DNA of 64,000 bases from positions 3,169 through 67,168 of IMG/VR virus record IMGVR_UViG_3300044712_001160; one strand, written 5' to 3'. The position numbers and the translations under genes are program-made. The stretch comes from a virus. The notes below the pieces were generated by a model, which saw only the letters and a list, made by a program, of their open reading frames with translations, searched no databases and was not told the origin of the DNA. The number at the start of each line of letters is the position of its first letter. Within the stretch, counting starts at the first letter, position 1. Of this stretch, positions 38,154-48,008 are shown piece by piece.

Positions 38154-39037
38154 GCGATTTCTCTTCTCTCTACGCTTACCGCCATCTCGAATGGGAAGAC
38201 GCCCAAGCCATCATCGCTTGGGCTCATGAGCAAGGCATCGAGACAACGATCCCCGCCTACGACCTTCACGTCACCGTCATGTACTCCGAGGCGGCCTTCG
38301 GATGGTCGCATGACGACGCCGACCGCGAGAATCTGATGATCCGTGGCGGCGAAAGGCGGATCAGTAAATTTGGTGAGGATGGCAATGTACTTGTCCTTGA
38401 GCTGGAATCCGATTACCTTCAAAGACGCCATCAAGAGTTGATCAACCGGGGTGCAATGCCATCTCACACGCCCTATCGCCCTCATATCACGATCACCTAC
38501 AACGGCGAAGGGGTTGACGAAAGCCAGATAACGCCATATAGTGGCGACATTCGTCTTAGTGGCGAGTGGATGCAGCCGGTCACCGGCAACCCCTACGGAA
38601 AGAGCTTCAAGCTGATGTCTGGCTTCCAATCTTTCGGCAAAGCGCAAGTGCTTAAGGTTCATTCGAAGCTTGGGTTGGTGGTCGGCTACGCCATCGTGTC
38701 GAAGATCAACGGTGAAGATTACTTCGACCACCACGGCGATCATATCCCCGAGGACTCGATGCTCGAGGCTACTGTGGATTTTATGAAGTCGAGCCGTATC
38801 TCGACTGACATGCATACGTGGAAGAATGGAGAACCCACGCCTGATGGTGAAGTGGTTTTCGCTTTCCCGATGACCACGGATATTGCCAAGAGCCTGAACA
38901 TCCAGGTCGAGAAAACTGGCCTGCTTGTGGGCATCATGCCGTCGAAAGACGTGCTGGCTAAGTTTGAAAGCGGCGAGTACACCGGCTTCTCAATCGGTGG
39001 TCGTCGGATTGAAGATGAGGAGGTGACGGATGCCTAA
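38150..39037 (+). CDS. Fusion of an Acb1/gp57B-like 2H phosphoesterase and an XkdF-like prohead protease
   Basis: N-half LHVTVMYS and YRPHITI (two HxT motifs). C-half DHHGD, DMH and GEYTGFSIGG. Confidence 0.8.
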   Translation: MSDFSSLYAYRHLEWEDAQAIIAWAHEQGIETTIPAYDLHVTVMYSEAAFGWSHDDADRENLMIRGGERRISKFGEDGNVLVLELESDYLQRRHQELINRGAMPSHTPYRPHITITYNGEGVDESQITPYSGDIRLSGEWMQPVTGNPYGKSFKLMSGFQSFGKAQVLKVHSKLGLVVGYAIVSKINGEDYFDHHGDHIPEDSMLEATVDFMKSSRISTDMHTWKNGEPTPDGEVVFAFPMTTDIAKSLNIQVEKTGLLVGIMPSKDVLAKFESGEYTGFSIGGRRIEDEEVTDA

Positions 39038-39920
39038 CGGACGTCGCATCATGCGGAGGTTTTCCATGGCCGAGATTGCGGCTGTGGACGAACCCGCTCA
39101 GGCCGGTGCACTCATGTCTATCATGAAGGCTCGAGGCCCTGGCGGAAAAGAGCCGGAGAGCCCGGCAACGGTCAAAGCAAAGGAGGACTGTATGTCCAAG
39201 ACCGCAGAAGAGCTGCAGGCCGAGCTCACGAAATCGGCTGATGAGCTGGCGAAGGCGAATGCCCGAGCCGAGCGTGCGGAAAAGCTCGGTGAACTCACCG
39301 ATGCCGAGCGCTCGCACTACAAGTCGCTCAAGGGCAAAGCTCAGGATGAGTTCCTGGCGAAGTCCGCCGACGAGCGCAAGGCCATTGTGGATGAGGCCAT
39401 CGCGAAGTCCCGTGAAGCTGACCCCGTGATCTACAAGTCGAAGGTCACCGGCGCCGAGTACCGGAAGTCGGACGATCCCCGCCTGATCGACATGGCGAAG
39501 CGTGACGACGAGCGCGAAGAGGACCTTCGCAAGATGCGCGAAGAAGCCGCCAACGCTGTCTTCGAGAAGCGTGCTTCCACAGAGTTCGCCAAGTTCAAGG
39601 GTGACCTGACCGCGAAGACCACCCTCGTGAAGGCCGTCGCCGGCATCAAGGACGACGCGCTCCGCGCTGGTGTAGAGGAAATGCTGAAGGCCGCTCACGG
39701 CGCCGTCCAGCTGACCCTCAAGGAAGTCGGCAGCAAGAAGGACGACTTCACCGCCGACGACATGAACGACGACACCAAGAAGTCGGCTGAAGCGAAACTC
39801 GATCAACTGGCGAAAGCCCGTTCGGCCGAGAAGAACGAGCCCTACATCAAGGCGTACCAGGCCGTTCTGAACAGCGACGAAGGCAAGGCTCTCTACGCCA
39901 AGTCTGTCGGCGCCGCGTAA
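39030..39920 (+). CDS. Scaffold protein
   Basis: EIAAVDEPAQ N-terminus, highly charged helical, between protease and capsid genes. Confidence 0.7.
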   Translation: MPNGRRIMRRFSMAEIAAVDEPAQAGALMSIMKARGPGGKEPESPATVKAKEDCMSKTAEELQAELTKSADELAKANARAERAEKLGELTDAERSHYKSLKGKAQDEFLAKSADERKAIVDEAIAKSREADPVIYKSKVTGAEYRKSDDPRLIDMAKRDDEREEDLRKMREEAANAVFEKRASTEFAKFKGDLTAKTTLVKAVAGIKDDALRAGVEEMLKAAHGAVQLTLKEVGSKKDDFTADDMNDDTKKSAEAKLDQLAKARSAEKNEPYIKAYQAVLNSDEGKALYAKSVGAA

Positions 39921-39945
39921 CCCACAGCCAGAAGGAGACACTCTC

Positions 39946-40320
39946 ATGGCAACCATGGAAGCAGTCACCGTTCAGTCCTTCGAGGCTGGCGGTGATCTTT
40001 CGGCGCACCAGTTCAAGTTCGTGCTGGTCGCCGCTGATGGGCAAGTCGACCTGAATACCACGGCCAACGACCGTGTGACGGGCGTTCTGCTCAATGACCC
40101 TGCCGCTGCCGGGCGCGCCGCTGAAGTAGCGGTTGCCGGTCGCGTCAAGGTTATCACCGGCGCCGGTGGTCTTACCGCTGGTCAGCTGGTGGCTTCGACC
40201 AACGCCGGTCTTGCGGTTCTTGCCGCTGGTGCTGGTACCGACATCCTCGGTCGTGCCCTCACGACTGCGGCTGCCGGCGAGCTTGTCGAGATCCAACTCG
40301 GGTACCTCGGCATCATCTAA
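39946..40320 (+). CDS. Capsid decoration/cement protein (DUF2190-like)
   Basis: Ala/Gly-rich, G.L.N.P...G.A...G...GRAL..A.AGE pattern, immediately before the MCP. Confidence 0.75.
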   Translation: MATMEAVTVQSFEAGGDLSAHQFKFVLVAADGQVDLNTTANDRVTGVLLNDPAAAGRAAEVAVAGRVKVITGAGGLTAGQLVASTNAGLAVLAAGAGTDILGRALTTAAAGELVEIQLGYLGII

Positions 40321-40366
40321 CGCTGGGCATCACCCAGCTGAACGCTGAGAAGAAAGGAGAACTTCA

Positions 40367-41359
40367 ATGTCTCAGCCCACTGCAGGTGATGTTCACGTCA
40401 ACCGGCCGTTGACCAACATCGCCATCGCGTACTTCCAGGATGCGTCCAACTTCATCGCTGGAAGCGTGTTCCCCAACATCCCCGTGTCCAAACAGTCCGA
40501 CGCTTACTGGACGATTCCGCGGGATTCCTTCAACCGGGACGAGATGAAAATCCGCGCCCCCGGTACTGAGTCCGCCGGTGGCGGCTACACGGTGAACCCG
40601 GACAACACCTACTACTGCCACGTCCGGGCTTACCACCACGACATCCCCGACCAGGTCCGTGCCAACACGGATAGCCCGCTGGACGCCGACAATCAGGCTT
40701 CCACGCTGGTTACCCACAAGGCGCTGATCAACCGCGAGAAGAACTTCGCCTCGAAGTACTTCACGACAGGTGTGTGGGGTACCGACGTTGCCGGTGTGGC
40801 CGCTGGCCCCACGGGTAGCCAGGTGCTTCGCTGGTCCGACGCCGCGTCCAACCCCATCGAGGACATCCGCCGTTACAAGCGGACCATGATGGAAGCGACC
40901 GGCTTCGAACCCAACACGCTTCTGCTCGGTCAGGATGTGCTCGACGCTCTCTACGACCACCCGGATATCATCGACCGTGTCAAGTACGGTCAGACCCCCG
41001 GGCGGCCGGCGGATATCGACGTGTCCGATCTGGCCCAGCTGTTCAAGATTCCGCGTATCCTCGTCGGTCGCGGTATCGAGAACACGGCGAAGGAGGGTGC
41101 CACCGAAGTCTCGCGCTTCATCATGAAGAACGGTGCGCTTCTCTGCCACTCGGCTCCGAACCCGGGTATCATGGTTCCGTCTGCGGGTTATACCTTCAGC
41201 TGGACTGGCTTCCTGGCTGCGGGCCCGATGGGCATCCGTCTCAAGCGGTTCCGCATGGAACACCTGGAGTCGGATCGTGTGGAGATCCAGTCGGCCTACG
41301 ACCAGAAAGTCGTCGCCGCCGACCTCGGCATCTTCTTCTCGACCATCGTGTCGGCGTAA
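40367..41359 (+). CDS. Major capsid protein
   Basis: PLTNIAIAY.Q...FIA..VFP..PV.KQSD, W.D..SNPI.DI, strong codon bias. Confidence 0.9.
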   Translation: MSQPTAGDVHVNRPLTNIAIAYFQDASNFIAGSVFPNIPVSKQSDAYWTIPRDSFNRDEMKIRAPGTESAGGGYTVNPDNTYYCHVRAYHHDIPDQVRANTDSPLDADNQASTLVTHKALINREKNFASKYFTTGVWGTDVAGVAAGPTGSQVLRWSDAASNPIEDIRRYKRTMMEATGFEPNTLLLGQDVLDALYDHPDIIDRVKYGQTPGRPADIDVSDLAQLFKIPRILVGRGIENTAKEGATEVSRFIMKNGALLCHSAPNPGIMVPSAGYTFSWTGFLAAGPMGIRLKRFRMEHLESDRVEIQSAYDQKVVAADLGIFFSTIVSA

Positions 41360-41375
41360 CCTGGAGGGCAGCTAA

Positions 41376-41981
41376 ATGGCTAAATCAGCTGAACGGCTGC
41401 CCTTCAGTCATCGGGGCCCATTCGTGGTGTCTCGCCGGTTCTCATGGACCGGTAAGATCTACGAACCGGGCTCCGTCTTCCCGCATCGCCACCTTGCTGT
41501 GGACCATCGCAAGCTTCGGCTGCTTTGGGATGCGAAGAAGATTGACATGGAGGGAACACCCGAAGAACCCGAAGTGATGCTTCTTGGCTCCAATGTTCAG
41601 CCCAATGAGGTGATGATCGGCGGGGAGCTCAAGCTCCTCGGCTTTGCTGTGGAAGCAGCCTTCACCGATAGCGGACTGACCGCTGAGGAGTGGAACGAAC
41701 TACCCGATGACGACCGCGAGGCACGGATTGCCGCAGTCATTGACCTGGTGGCTGGTGACGGCGAGTTCGTGTTCGATCCCGAGAAGCACAACATCGAGCG
41801 TGAAGGTAAAGAGTACTGGATCGCCGATGACGAGAACTTGCTTGTTCGGGTGAAGGCCAAGGCCGGCAAGAACCTCGACGTGGCTACAGCGAAGACGCTT
41901 GTGACCGCTGAGGAGATCCTGGCTTGGGCTGAAGACGACAATGCGTCCGACGTTCCGGACGATACCGAGGAGTCGGAGTAA
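41376..41981 (+). CDS. Hypothetical head-associated protein
   Basis: Follows the MCP, SGLTAEEWNELPDDDRE motif. Confidence 0.55.
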   Translation: MAKSAERLPFSHRGPFVVSRRFSWTGKIYEPGSVFPHRHLAVDHRKLRLLWDAKKIDMEGTPEEPEVMLLGSNVQPNEVMIGGELKLLGFAVEAAFTDSGLTAEEWNELPDDDREARIAAVIDLVAGDGEFVFDPEKHNIEREGKEYWIADDENLLVRVKAKAGKNLDVATAKTLVTAEEILAWAEDDNASDVPDDTEESE

Positions 41982-42367
41982 TGGGACGGGCCATCGACGT
42001 GGTAAATGAACTCGAAAGGTTCACGAGCCGGTCGGTGGCCGTTCTCACTCGGCGGATGGTTCGTAACCTTGTCGCTGTAACTCCGAAGAAAACTGGCTGG
42101 GCCGCATCGAATTGGCTGCCGTCTCTAGGTGGTACTCTTCGCGGCCCAGTCGGTTCTAAACAAGCTGTAACGTTCGGTCCCCAAATAGCGGGCATGGCTG
42201 AGGTCGGTGAATACCGCATCACCCGAACGTACCCGCCCATCATCGTGAATGACGTTCCCTACATCGAGATACTTAACTACGGTAGCTCCATTCAAGCCCC
42301 GCCCATGTTCATCGAGAATGCGGTGGCTCTGTCTATCCAAGAGTCTCGAGGGGTTACCGCACGATGA
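41981..42367 (+). CDS. Neck/tail completion protein (HK97 gp10-like)
   Basis: TPKKTGWAASNW and NDVPYIEILNYGSSIQAP. Confidence 0.75.
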   Translation: MGRAIDVVNELERFTSRSVAVLTRRMVRNLVAVTPKKTGWAASNWLPSLGGTLRGPVGSKQAVTFGPQIAGMAEVGEYRITRTYPPIIVNDVPYIEILNYGSSIQAPPMFIENAVALSIQESRGVTAR

Positions 42368-42795
42368 CCCGAAATGAGTTTCGAGATTTGGTCTACAAAA
42401 CCTTCATCGCTGGATGGGGGTCTGAGACTATTTATACCTTCGAGAATGAGCAGTTCGTTCCGCCTGAGCCCGCTACACCCGGGTCACCCCGCGCTGGCAC
42501 ACCTTGGGTTCGGCTTAGCGTTCGTCACAGCGAATCTCGACAAAAGACACTCGGCCCTGTGGGTCGTAGGAAATTCGAGCACAAGGTGAGGCTGGTTCTC
42601 CAAATCTTCACCGTGCCGAATACCGGGCTTAAGCGCTCGGATCAACTGGCCCAAAAGTTCTTTGAGATCTTCGATGAGGACCTGGGTCGCGCAACTGTTT
42701 TCGGTGGCGAGACCGCCTACCGCGAACGTGGAACCGCTGAGGGCTGGCAAATGTCCGAAGCTTGGGTTGATTATACCTACGATGAGACCCGATAA
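42364..42795 (+). CDS. Tail terminator protein
   Basis: FENEQF.P...PWVR...LG...QIF.P.TG, directly before the tube gene. Confidence 0.7.
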   Translation: MTRNEFRDLVYKTFIAGWGSETIYTFENEQFVPPEPATPGSPRAGTPWVRLSVRHSESRQKTLGPVGRRKFEHKVRLVLQIFTVPNTGLKRSDQLAQKFFEIFDEDLGRATVFGGETAYRERGTAEGWQMSEAWVDYTYDETR

Positions 42796-42810
42796 AGGAG
42801 GACATGTCCC

Positions 42811-44316
42811 ATGGGTCAGACTAAAACCAACAACTTCAGCATTGCATACGCTGAGGAGACAAGCCCGGGTGTTCTTGGCGGTTCGCCCGTCTGGAAGACA
42901 CTCGAGCCGAACAACATCACTGAGTGGGGCGGCGAATACGAGACTGTAGCTCGCACGCCCATCTCGAAGCGTCGTCAACGCCGCAAGGGGAAAACGACTG
43001 ACAAGTCATCGGCTGTGGGCATCGAGCATGACACCACGATGGACCCGATGGACGACTTCCTGTCGGCTTTCGTAGTTGCTCGCTGGCAGGGCACCCCGGC
43101 TCAGCGTGTTCTTTCCTGCGACACCAACAGCTTCACCGTTGCGGACGTGAACGTTCTCTTCCCCGTCAACACCTTCGTCCACGTTCGTGGCATGGTTAAT
43201 GCGGTGAACAACGGCGTCCACCTGGTCAACGGTACGCCCAGTGACACGGATATTCCCGTAAGCACTGTGCTAGTTGCTGAGGGCGCTCCTCCGGCGAACG
43301 CAGTAGTCGAACGTGCCGGCGTCCGGGGCGCTGCTGGCGACCTCAGGATTGACGCTGCCGGCGACCTGATCTCGACGGTACTCAACTTCACGACGCTGCC
43401 CCTTTACCCGGGTCAGACTATCTGGATCGGTGGCGCCGTTGCCGCTAACCAGTTCTTCCAGCAGGCCAACGCCGACACTAACTACGGCTTCGCTCGTATC
43501 GTGTCTGTGGCAGCCAACAAGCTGACGCTTGACAAGACGACTTCGCCGTTCGTTCTCGACGATGGTACCAGCACCGGCGCCGGCGGCACTGCTCGGCAGA
43601 TCGACCTCTTCTTCGGTCGCTTCCTTCGGAACGTGGACGTAGACAACGTCGACTATATCGAACGCACCTACCACTTCGAAGGCGCCTTCGACAACCTGTG
43701 GACCGCTGGTGCTACTGCCTACGAGTACGCCATCGGTAACTACGCCAACGAACTGTCGCTGTCGCTTCCGGAAACGGACAAGTCCACAGTGACGTTCGGC
43801 TTCATCGGCATCGACACCGAGGAGATTACCAACGTCCGCAAAGCCGGCGCTTCCACGGCTCTCGAGCCGGTTCGCACCGACAGCTTCAGCACTTCCACCG
43901 ACATTGCTCGGCTTCGAGTGCAGAAGGTTGACGAGAGTGGTCTGACGACCTGCTTCAAGAGCTTGACGCTCACACTGCAGAACAACGTGGAACCCGAGAA
44001 GTGCCTCGGCACCCTGGGCTCTCCGTTCATCAACCTCGGCAACTTCTTCGTGAACATGGAAACGACCGTCCTGTTCACGGACGCGGGTGTGATCAACGCC
44101 ATCCGCAACAACGAGACTATCGGACTGGACTTCGTCATCGACAACGACGACGGTGCTCTTGCCTTCGATATTCCCGCAATGACTTTGGGTGGCGGTACTC
44201 GCGAACTTCCGCAGAACCAGTCCATCCGAGTGAGCTTGACCGGCGAAGCGTTTGGGGATCCGACCTACAGTGCGTCACTTCTCGTGTCGCACTTCCCCTT
44301 CATTCCGGCGGTCTAA
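42811..44316 (+). CDS. Major tail tube protein with an inserted surface domain
   Basis: YAEE.SPG N-terminus, R..RKG..TD, C-terminal FDIP..TLGGG. Confidence 0.85.
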   Translation: MGQTKTNNFSIAYAEETSPGVLGGSPVWKTLEPNNITEWGGEYETVARTPISKRRQRRKGKTTDKSSAVGIEHDTTMDPMDDFLSAFVVARWQGTPAQRVLSCDTNSFTVADVNVLFPVNTFVHVRGMVNAVNNGVHLVNGTPSDTDIPVSTVLVAEGAPPANAVVERAGVRGAAGDLRIDAAGDLISTVLNFTTLPLYPGQTIWIGGAVAANQFFQQANADTNYGFARIVSVAANKLTLDKTTSPFVLDDGTSTGAGGTARQIDLFFGRFLRNVDVDNVDYIERTYHFEGAFDNLWTAGATAYEYAIGNYANELSLSLPETDKSTVTFGFIGIDTEEITNVRKAGASTALEPVRTDSFSTSTDIARLRVQKVDESGLTTCFKSLTLTLQNNVEPEKCLGTLGSPFINLGNFFVNMETTVLFTDAGVINAIRNNETIGLDFVIDNDDGALAFDIPAMTLGGGTRELPQNQSIRVSLTGEAFGDPTYSASLLVSHFPFIPAV

Positions 44317-44335
44317 CGAGCGGTCGCGCGGCCGA

Positions 44336-44391
44336 GGGGGCGGTGTAGTTATCGGGTTCTGCATCGCCCCCACCCAACCCGATTAACCCGA
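44336..44391 (+). promoter_or_regulatory. Predicted H-type RNA pseudoknot in the chaperone leader
   Basis: Stem 44336-44348/44359-44371. Loop ATCGGGTT pairs with AACCCGAT (44376-44383). Confidence 0.55.
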
Positions 44392-44404
44392 AGGAGCTAA
44401 CCCA

Positions 44405-44839
44405 ATGTCCAAGTTCAGTAACCTTCAGAAGTATGAGATCGCCGCTGACAAGGCGGTGAAGTATGATCTGGTCGACATCCAGATGAACGGCAAGACGCCG
44501 TTCGTCATGGTGAAGCCGGCCACCGAGGCCAACAAGCCCTTCGCCAAGGCTCAACTGGCTCGAAGCAACAAGCGCATCAAAGCCGCTTCTGCCCGCGGCG
44601 TTTCTCTCGAGACGCTCGAAGCTAGCCGAGATGATGATCGTGACCTTTACCCGAAGCACATCATCACCGGCTGGGGCAACGTCTTCGACAACGATGGCGG
44701 CGAAGTCGCTTTTTCTGTGGAGAACTGCAAGGAGTTTCTTGACGCCCTTCCTGGGTGGATCTTCGACGCTCTGCGCGTGTTCTGCACTACACCCTCGAAC
44801 TTTGCTGGTGTCGTTGATGGAGAAGAGCTGGGAAACTAA
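44405..44839 (+). CDS. Tail assembly chaperone (G)
   Basis: Position before the TMP, ends CTG GGA AAC TAA. Confidence 0.8.
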   Translation: MSKFSNLQKYEIAADKAVKYDLVDIQMNGKTPFVMVKPATEANKPFAKAQLARSNKRIKAASARGVSLETLEASRDDDRDLYPKHIITGWGNVFDNDGGEVAFSVENCKEFLDALPGWIFDALRVFCTTPSNFAGVVDGEELGN

Positions 44840-45183
44840 TCCTTGCCCGGTTTCAGTGGGAGCTTCGCTTTTCCACAGAGGGGTTTGCGGTCAACGCAAT
44901 GCTCGAACGGAAACGCGAAGCCCCCGACTGGTTCTACGACCGGCCAGAATTGTTTCCTGGGCAAGAGTTCTACATCGACGCCTTCGACCAACTCACGACC
45001 TGCCGGCTAGTCACCGGCGGGTCAGTCGGCAGAATACCCTGGACAGCAGTTCATCAGTATGCCGAAGTGATGGAGATGGACTACTACGAGTTTCTTGTGT
45101 TCCAACAAGTTATCGCCAAGCTCGATAGCTTCTACGTTTCGTGGGTCTATGACCAGATGAAGAGGGAAGCCCCTGATGCCTGA
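44830..45183 (+). CDS. Tail chaperone GT extension by -1 frameshift
   Basis: Slippery G GGA AAC at 44830-44836. The -1 frame is open (KLILARFQWELRF...MLERKRE...) to 45183. Confidence 0.75.
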   Translation, partial: GKLILARFQWELRFSTEGFAVNAMLERKREAPDWFYDRPELFPGQEFYIDAFDQLTTCRLVTGGSVGRIPWTAVHQYAEVMEMDYYEFLVFQQVIAKLDSFYVSWVYDQMKREAPDA

Positions 45184-48007
45184 TTTTGACATTACACTAG
45201 TCATCAAGGATGGCCAAGCGATTGGCAAGATCAGGCAAGTCCGAAGCGAGCTCGACAACGTTGAGCGATCTGCTACTCGGGTAAGTGGGGTATTCCGAAA
45301 CCTATTTGCGGGGATTGGTGTGGGGTTCGCAGTTCGGGAGTTTATCAACCTCTCGAACGCTTCTGTGGGTATCGAAAACCGACTGAAGTTGGTAAGCGAT
45401 ACCATTGGTGACACGGAGGTAGCCTTTCAACGGTTGAGGGACATTTCCCGGGCTACACGGTCGCCACTCGAAGAAAACGTTGCCCTGTTCCAAAGGGCAG
45501 CTCAAGCACAGAGAGAACTAGGAGCAACAAATGAAGACCTCTACAAGTTCGTTCAGGCAACGGGTACTGCTCTCGCAATTCAGGGTGGTTCTACAAACAC
45601 AGCACGCGGTGCGCTTATCCAGCTGTCACAATCAATTGGAGCTACGATTGTTCGAGCAGAAGAATTCAACTCGATCTTGGAAGGGGCTTTACCTCTGGCT
45701 CAAGCTGCTGCTCGGGGTATCGACGAGGCCGGAGGTTCAGTCTCTCGGCTGAGACAACTAGTGTTGGCAGGTGAAATCTCCTCGAAAGAATTCTTCCAGG
45801 CCATCGTCGAGCAGCAAGCATTTCTTGAGGAGGCCTTCGCGAAAACTACACCCACCATCGCGCAGGCCTTTCAAGTTCTGAAGAACGAAGCCATCGCGAC
45901 GTTCCGCTCGTTTGACGAGGGTACCGGCATCACGCTGATCCTGTCCAATGCGATGCTGTTCCTGGCGGACAATCTAGATACCATTGCCCGAGTTCTGGCT
46001 GCCGGTGCGATTGTCGCCGGTATCTATGCGATCTACCAGGGCCTGATGCTTATTCCCGTGGCTATCAAGGCGATTACGCTAGCCATGGCAACGAACCCCA
46101 TTGGCCTATTCCTTATCGCTGTCACTACGGGTATCTCGCTTCTCATCACCTTCGCTGACAAGATGAAGCTCTTTGGCGAAGGTGCGGCAACTGTTGCCGA
46201 TCTGCTGGGAGTAGTCTTCAATCGTTCTGTGGAGGCTATCAAGGCCCTGTTCGCTGGGCTATTTGCCTTCATTCCAGACGGCTGGGCGAAGATGATACCG
46301 AAGATCAGCTTTGCGGATGCGCTATTCTTCATCGCTCGCCAGCTTGACAAGCTTGTTGCGATTTGGAATGGTATCATCGCCGCGATCAGCGCTGCTTGGG
46401 ACGCCGGCTGGCGTGGGCTTGTCCAGATCGTTATCAAGTATATCGGCTTCATCATCGACCAGTTCGACAACATGGTGAACCTGATCATCAAGGGGCTTAA
46501 CGCTCTCGGCGGTAACATCGCAGCTATCGACCTCAGCGGATCATTCGACAAGTCCTTCGGTGCAGCCGCTGGTACCGAGGTTGGCGATGCCTTCAGCGCT
46601 GCCTACAACGGCTCCCTTGAACGCGGCGCTGCAACAGCAGCTGTGGAGTCCTCGCTTGTTGAGGCGGCGAACAACGCCCGTATTCGAGAAACGGCCGACG
46701 CCCTTGGAGAAGTACCACCTGCTGCTGATGCTGCAGCTGCTAGCCTTGGTAATGCTGGCGGTGCTGCAGGTGGCGCATCGAAGAGCTTCGCTGATCTGTA
46801 TGCTGAGCTTGAGCTTCAGGCTGAAGCACTCACGAAGCTCGGTCAAGAGCAAGATATCTACAATGAGCAGATGCGAATTGCTGAAGCTATCGGCCGTAAC
46901 CTCAGCGCCGCTGAAGCCGAAGCTGTTGCACAGATGGTCAAGAAAATCGAGGTGCTGCAAACGGCATCCGATATCTACGACGAGATCAACGGCCGAGTTC
47001 GAGACTACATCAACACCCAGGGTGCTCTTCAGTCTCTGCTCGACAGCGGCGCCATCAGTCAGGTTGAAGCTGACTTTGCTTTGGCTCAATCCAGCCTCGT
47101 TCAGGACCTGAGATCCACAGATGAGTCGCTAGGTTTCCAGTTCGGTTTTCAAGCGCAAATAGACGCTATCCGGGAGTACGTCAACGAACGCACGATAATC
47201 CTCCAGCAGGCCCGAGACGTCGACCTCATCAACGAAGAACAATACCAAGCGCGCCTTCGCGCGTTGACGCTCGCGAGCCAGCGTGAGATCCTCGACGCTG
47301 AACTCGGTCGATGGGACCTGGCCATCAGCTCAGCACAGGAGAGTGTCGATGTTCTGCTTAAGACGGCGGAAGATTATGCGGGTAAGCAAAGCGGCATCTA
47401 CAAGGGTATCTTCGTTGCTCAGAAAGCGCTCGCCATCGCAGAAGCTACGGTTAACACCTTCCGTGCCATCTCGAATGCATTGGCTGCGCCTTTCCCGCCA
47501 CCGATCCCGCAGACATTGGCTGCTGCAGCCGCTGTTGCTGGCGGTGCACAAGTAGCCGCCATTGTGGCTTCAACTATCACCGGTCTTGCGAATGGCGGTC
47601 GAGTCACCGGCCCGGGCGGTCCGCGTGATGATGCAGCTGGCCTGTTCGCTTTGTCCAACGGCGAGTTCGTCGTCAATGCAGAAGCCACGAAAGCAAACTT
47701 GCCGTTGCTTGAGGCGATGAATAATGGTATAAAAATCGGGCGCATGAGAGACGGCGGCCGAGTGACCAATTCTGTGGGCTCTCTCCAAAACGCCGGCAGA
47801 GCAGAGGTTGCAAATGCCCAACGATCCGCACCCAGCAAGCTGCCCGATCTCAAGACCGACGTTCAAGTTCCGGTCAATGTCATCACTGTTCGAAGCCAAG
47901 ACGAAGCCCTGGCTGCACTCGGCTCTCGCGAAGGCAAGAACATTCTCATCCAGACTGTGGAACAGGACCGCCGAGTGTTCCGCAGCATCCTAGGCTTGGA
48001 GAACTAA
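45176..48007 (+). CDS. Tape measure protein
   Basis: N-terminal tape-measure domain (ALIQLSQ...RAEEFNSILE), C-terminal GGRVTGPGG...LSNGEFVVNA. Confidence 0.9.
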   Translation: MPDFDITLVIKDGQAIGKIRQVRSELDNVERSATRVSGVFRNLFAGIGVGFAVREFINLSNASVGIENRLKLVSDTIGDTEVAFQRLRDISRATRSPLEENVALFQRAAQAQRELGATNEDLYKFVQATGTALAIQGGSTNTARGALIQLSQSIGATIVRAEEFNSILEGALPLAQAAARGIDEAGGSVSRLRQLVLAGEISSKEFFQAIVEQQAFLEEAFAKTTPTIAQAFQVLKNEAIATFRSFDEGTGITLILSNAMLFLADNLDTIARVLAAGAIVAGIYAIYQGLMLIPVAIKAITLAMATNPIGLFLIAVTTGISLLITFADKMKLFGEGAATVADLLGVVFNRSVEAIKALFAGLFAFIPDGWAKMIPKISFADALFFIARQLDKLVAIWNGIIAAISAAWDAGWRGLVQIVIKYIGFIIDQFDNMVNLIIKGLNALGGNIAAIDLSGSFDKSFGAAAGTEVGDAFSAAYNGSLERGAATAAVESSLVEAANNARIRETADALGEVPPAADAAAASLGNAGGAAGGASKSFADLYAELELQAEALTKLGQEQDIYNEQMRIAEAIGRNLSAAEAEAVAQMVKKIEVLQTASDIYDEINGRVRDYINTQGALQSLLDSGAISQVEADFALAQSSLVQDLRSTDESLGFQFGFQAQIDAIREYVNERTIILQQARDVDLINEEQYQARLRALTLASQREILDAELGRWDLAISSAQESVDVLLKTAEDYAGKQSGIYKGIFVAQKALAIAEATVNTFRAISNALAAPFPPPIPQTLAAAAAVAGGAQVAAIVASTITGLANGGRVTGPGGPRDDAAGLFALSNGEFVVNAEATKANLPLLEAMNNGIKIGRMRDGGRVTNSVGSLQNAGRAEVANAQRSAPSKLPDLKTDVQVPVNVITVRSQDEALAALGSREGKNILIQTVEQDRRVFRSILGLEN

Positions 48008-48008
48008 C

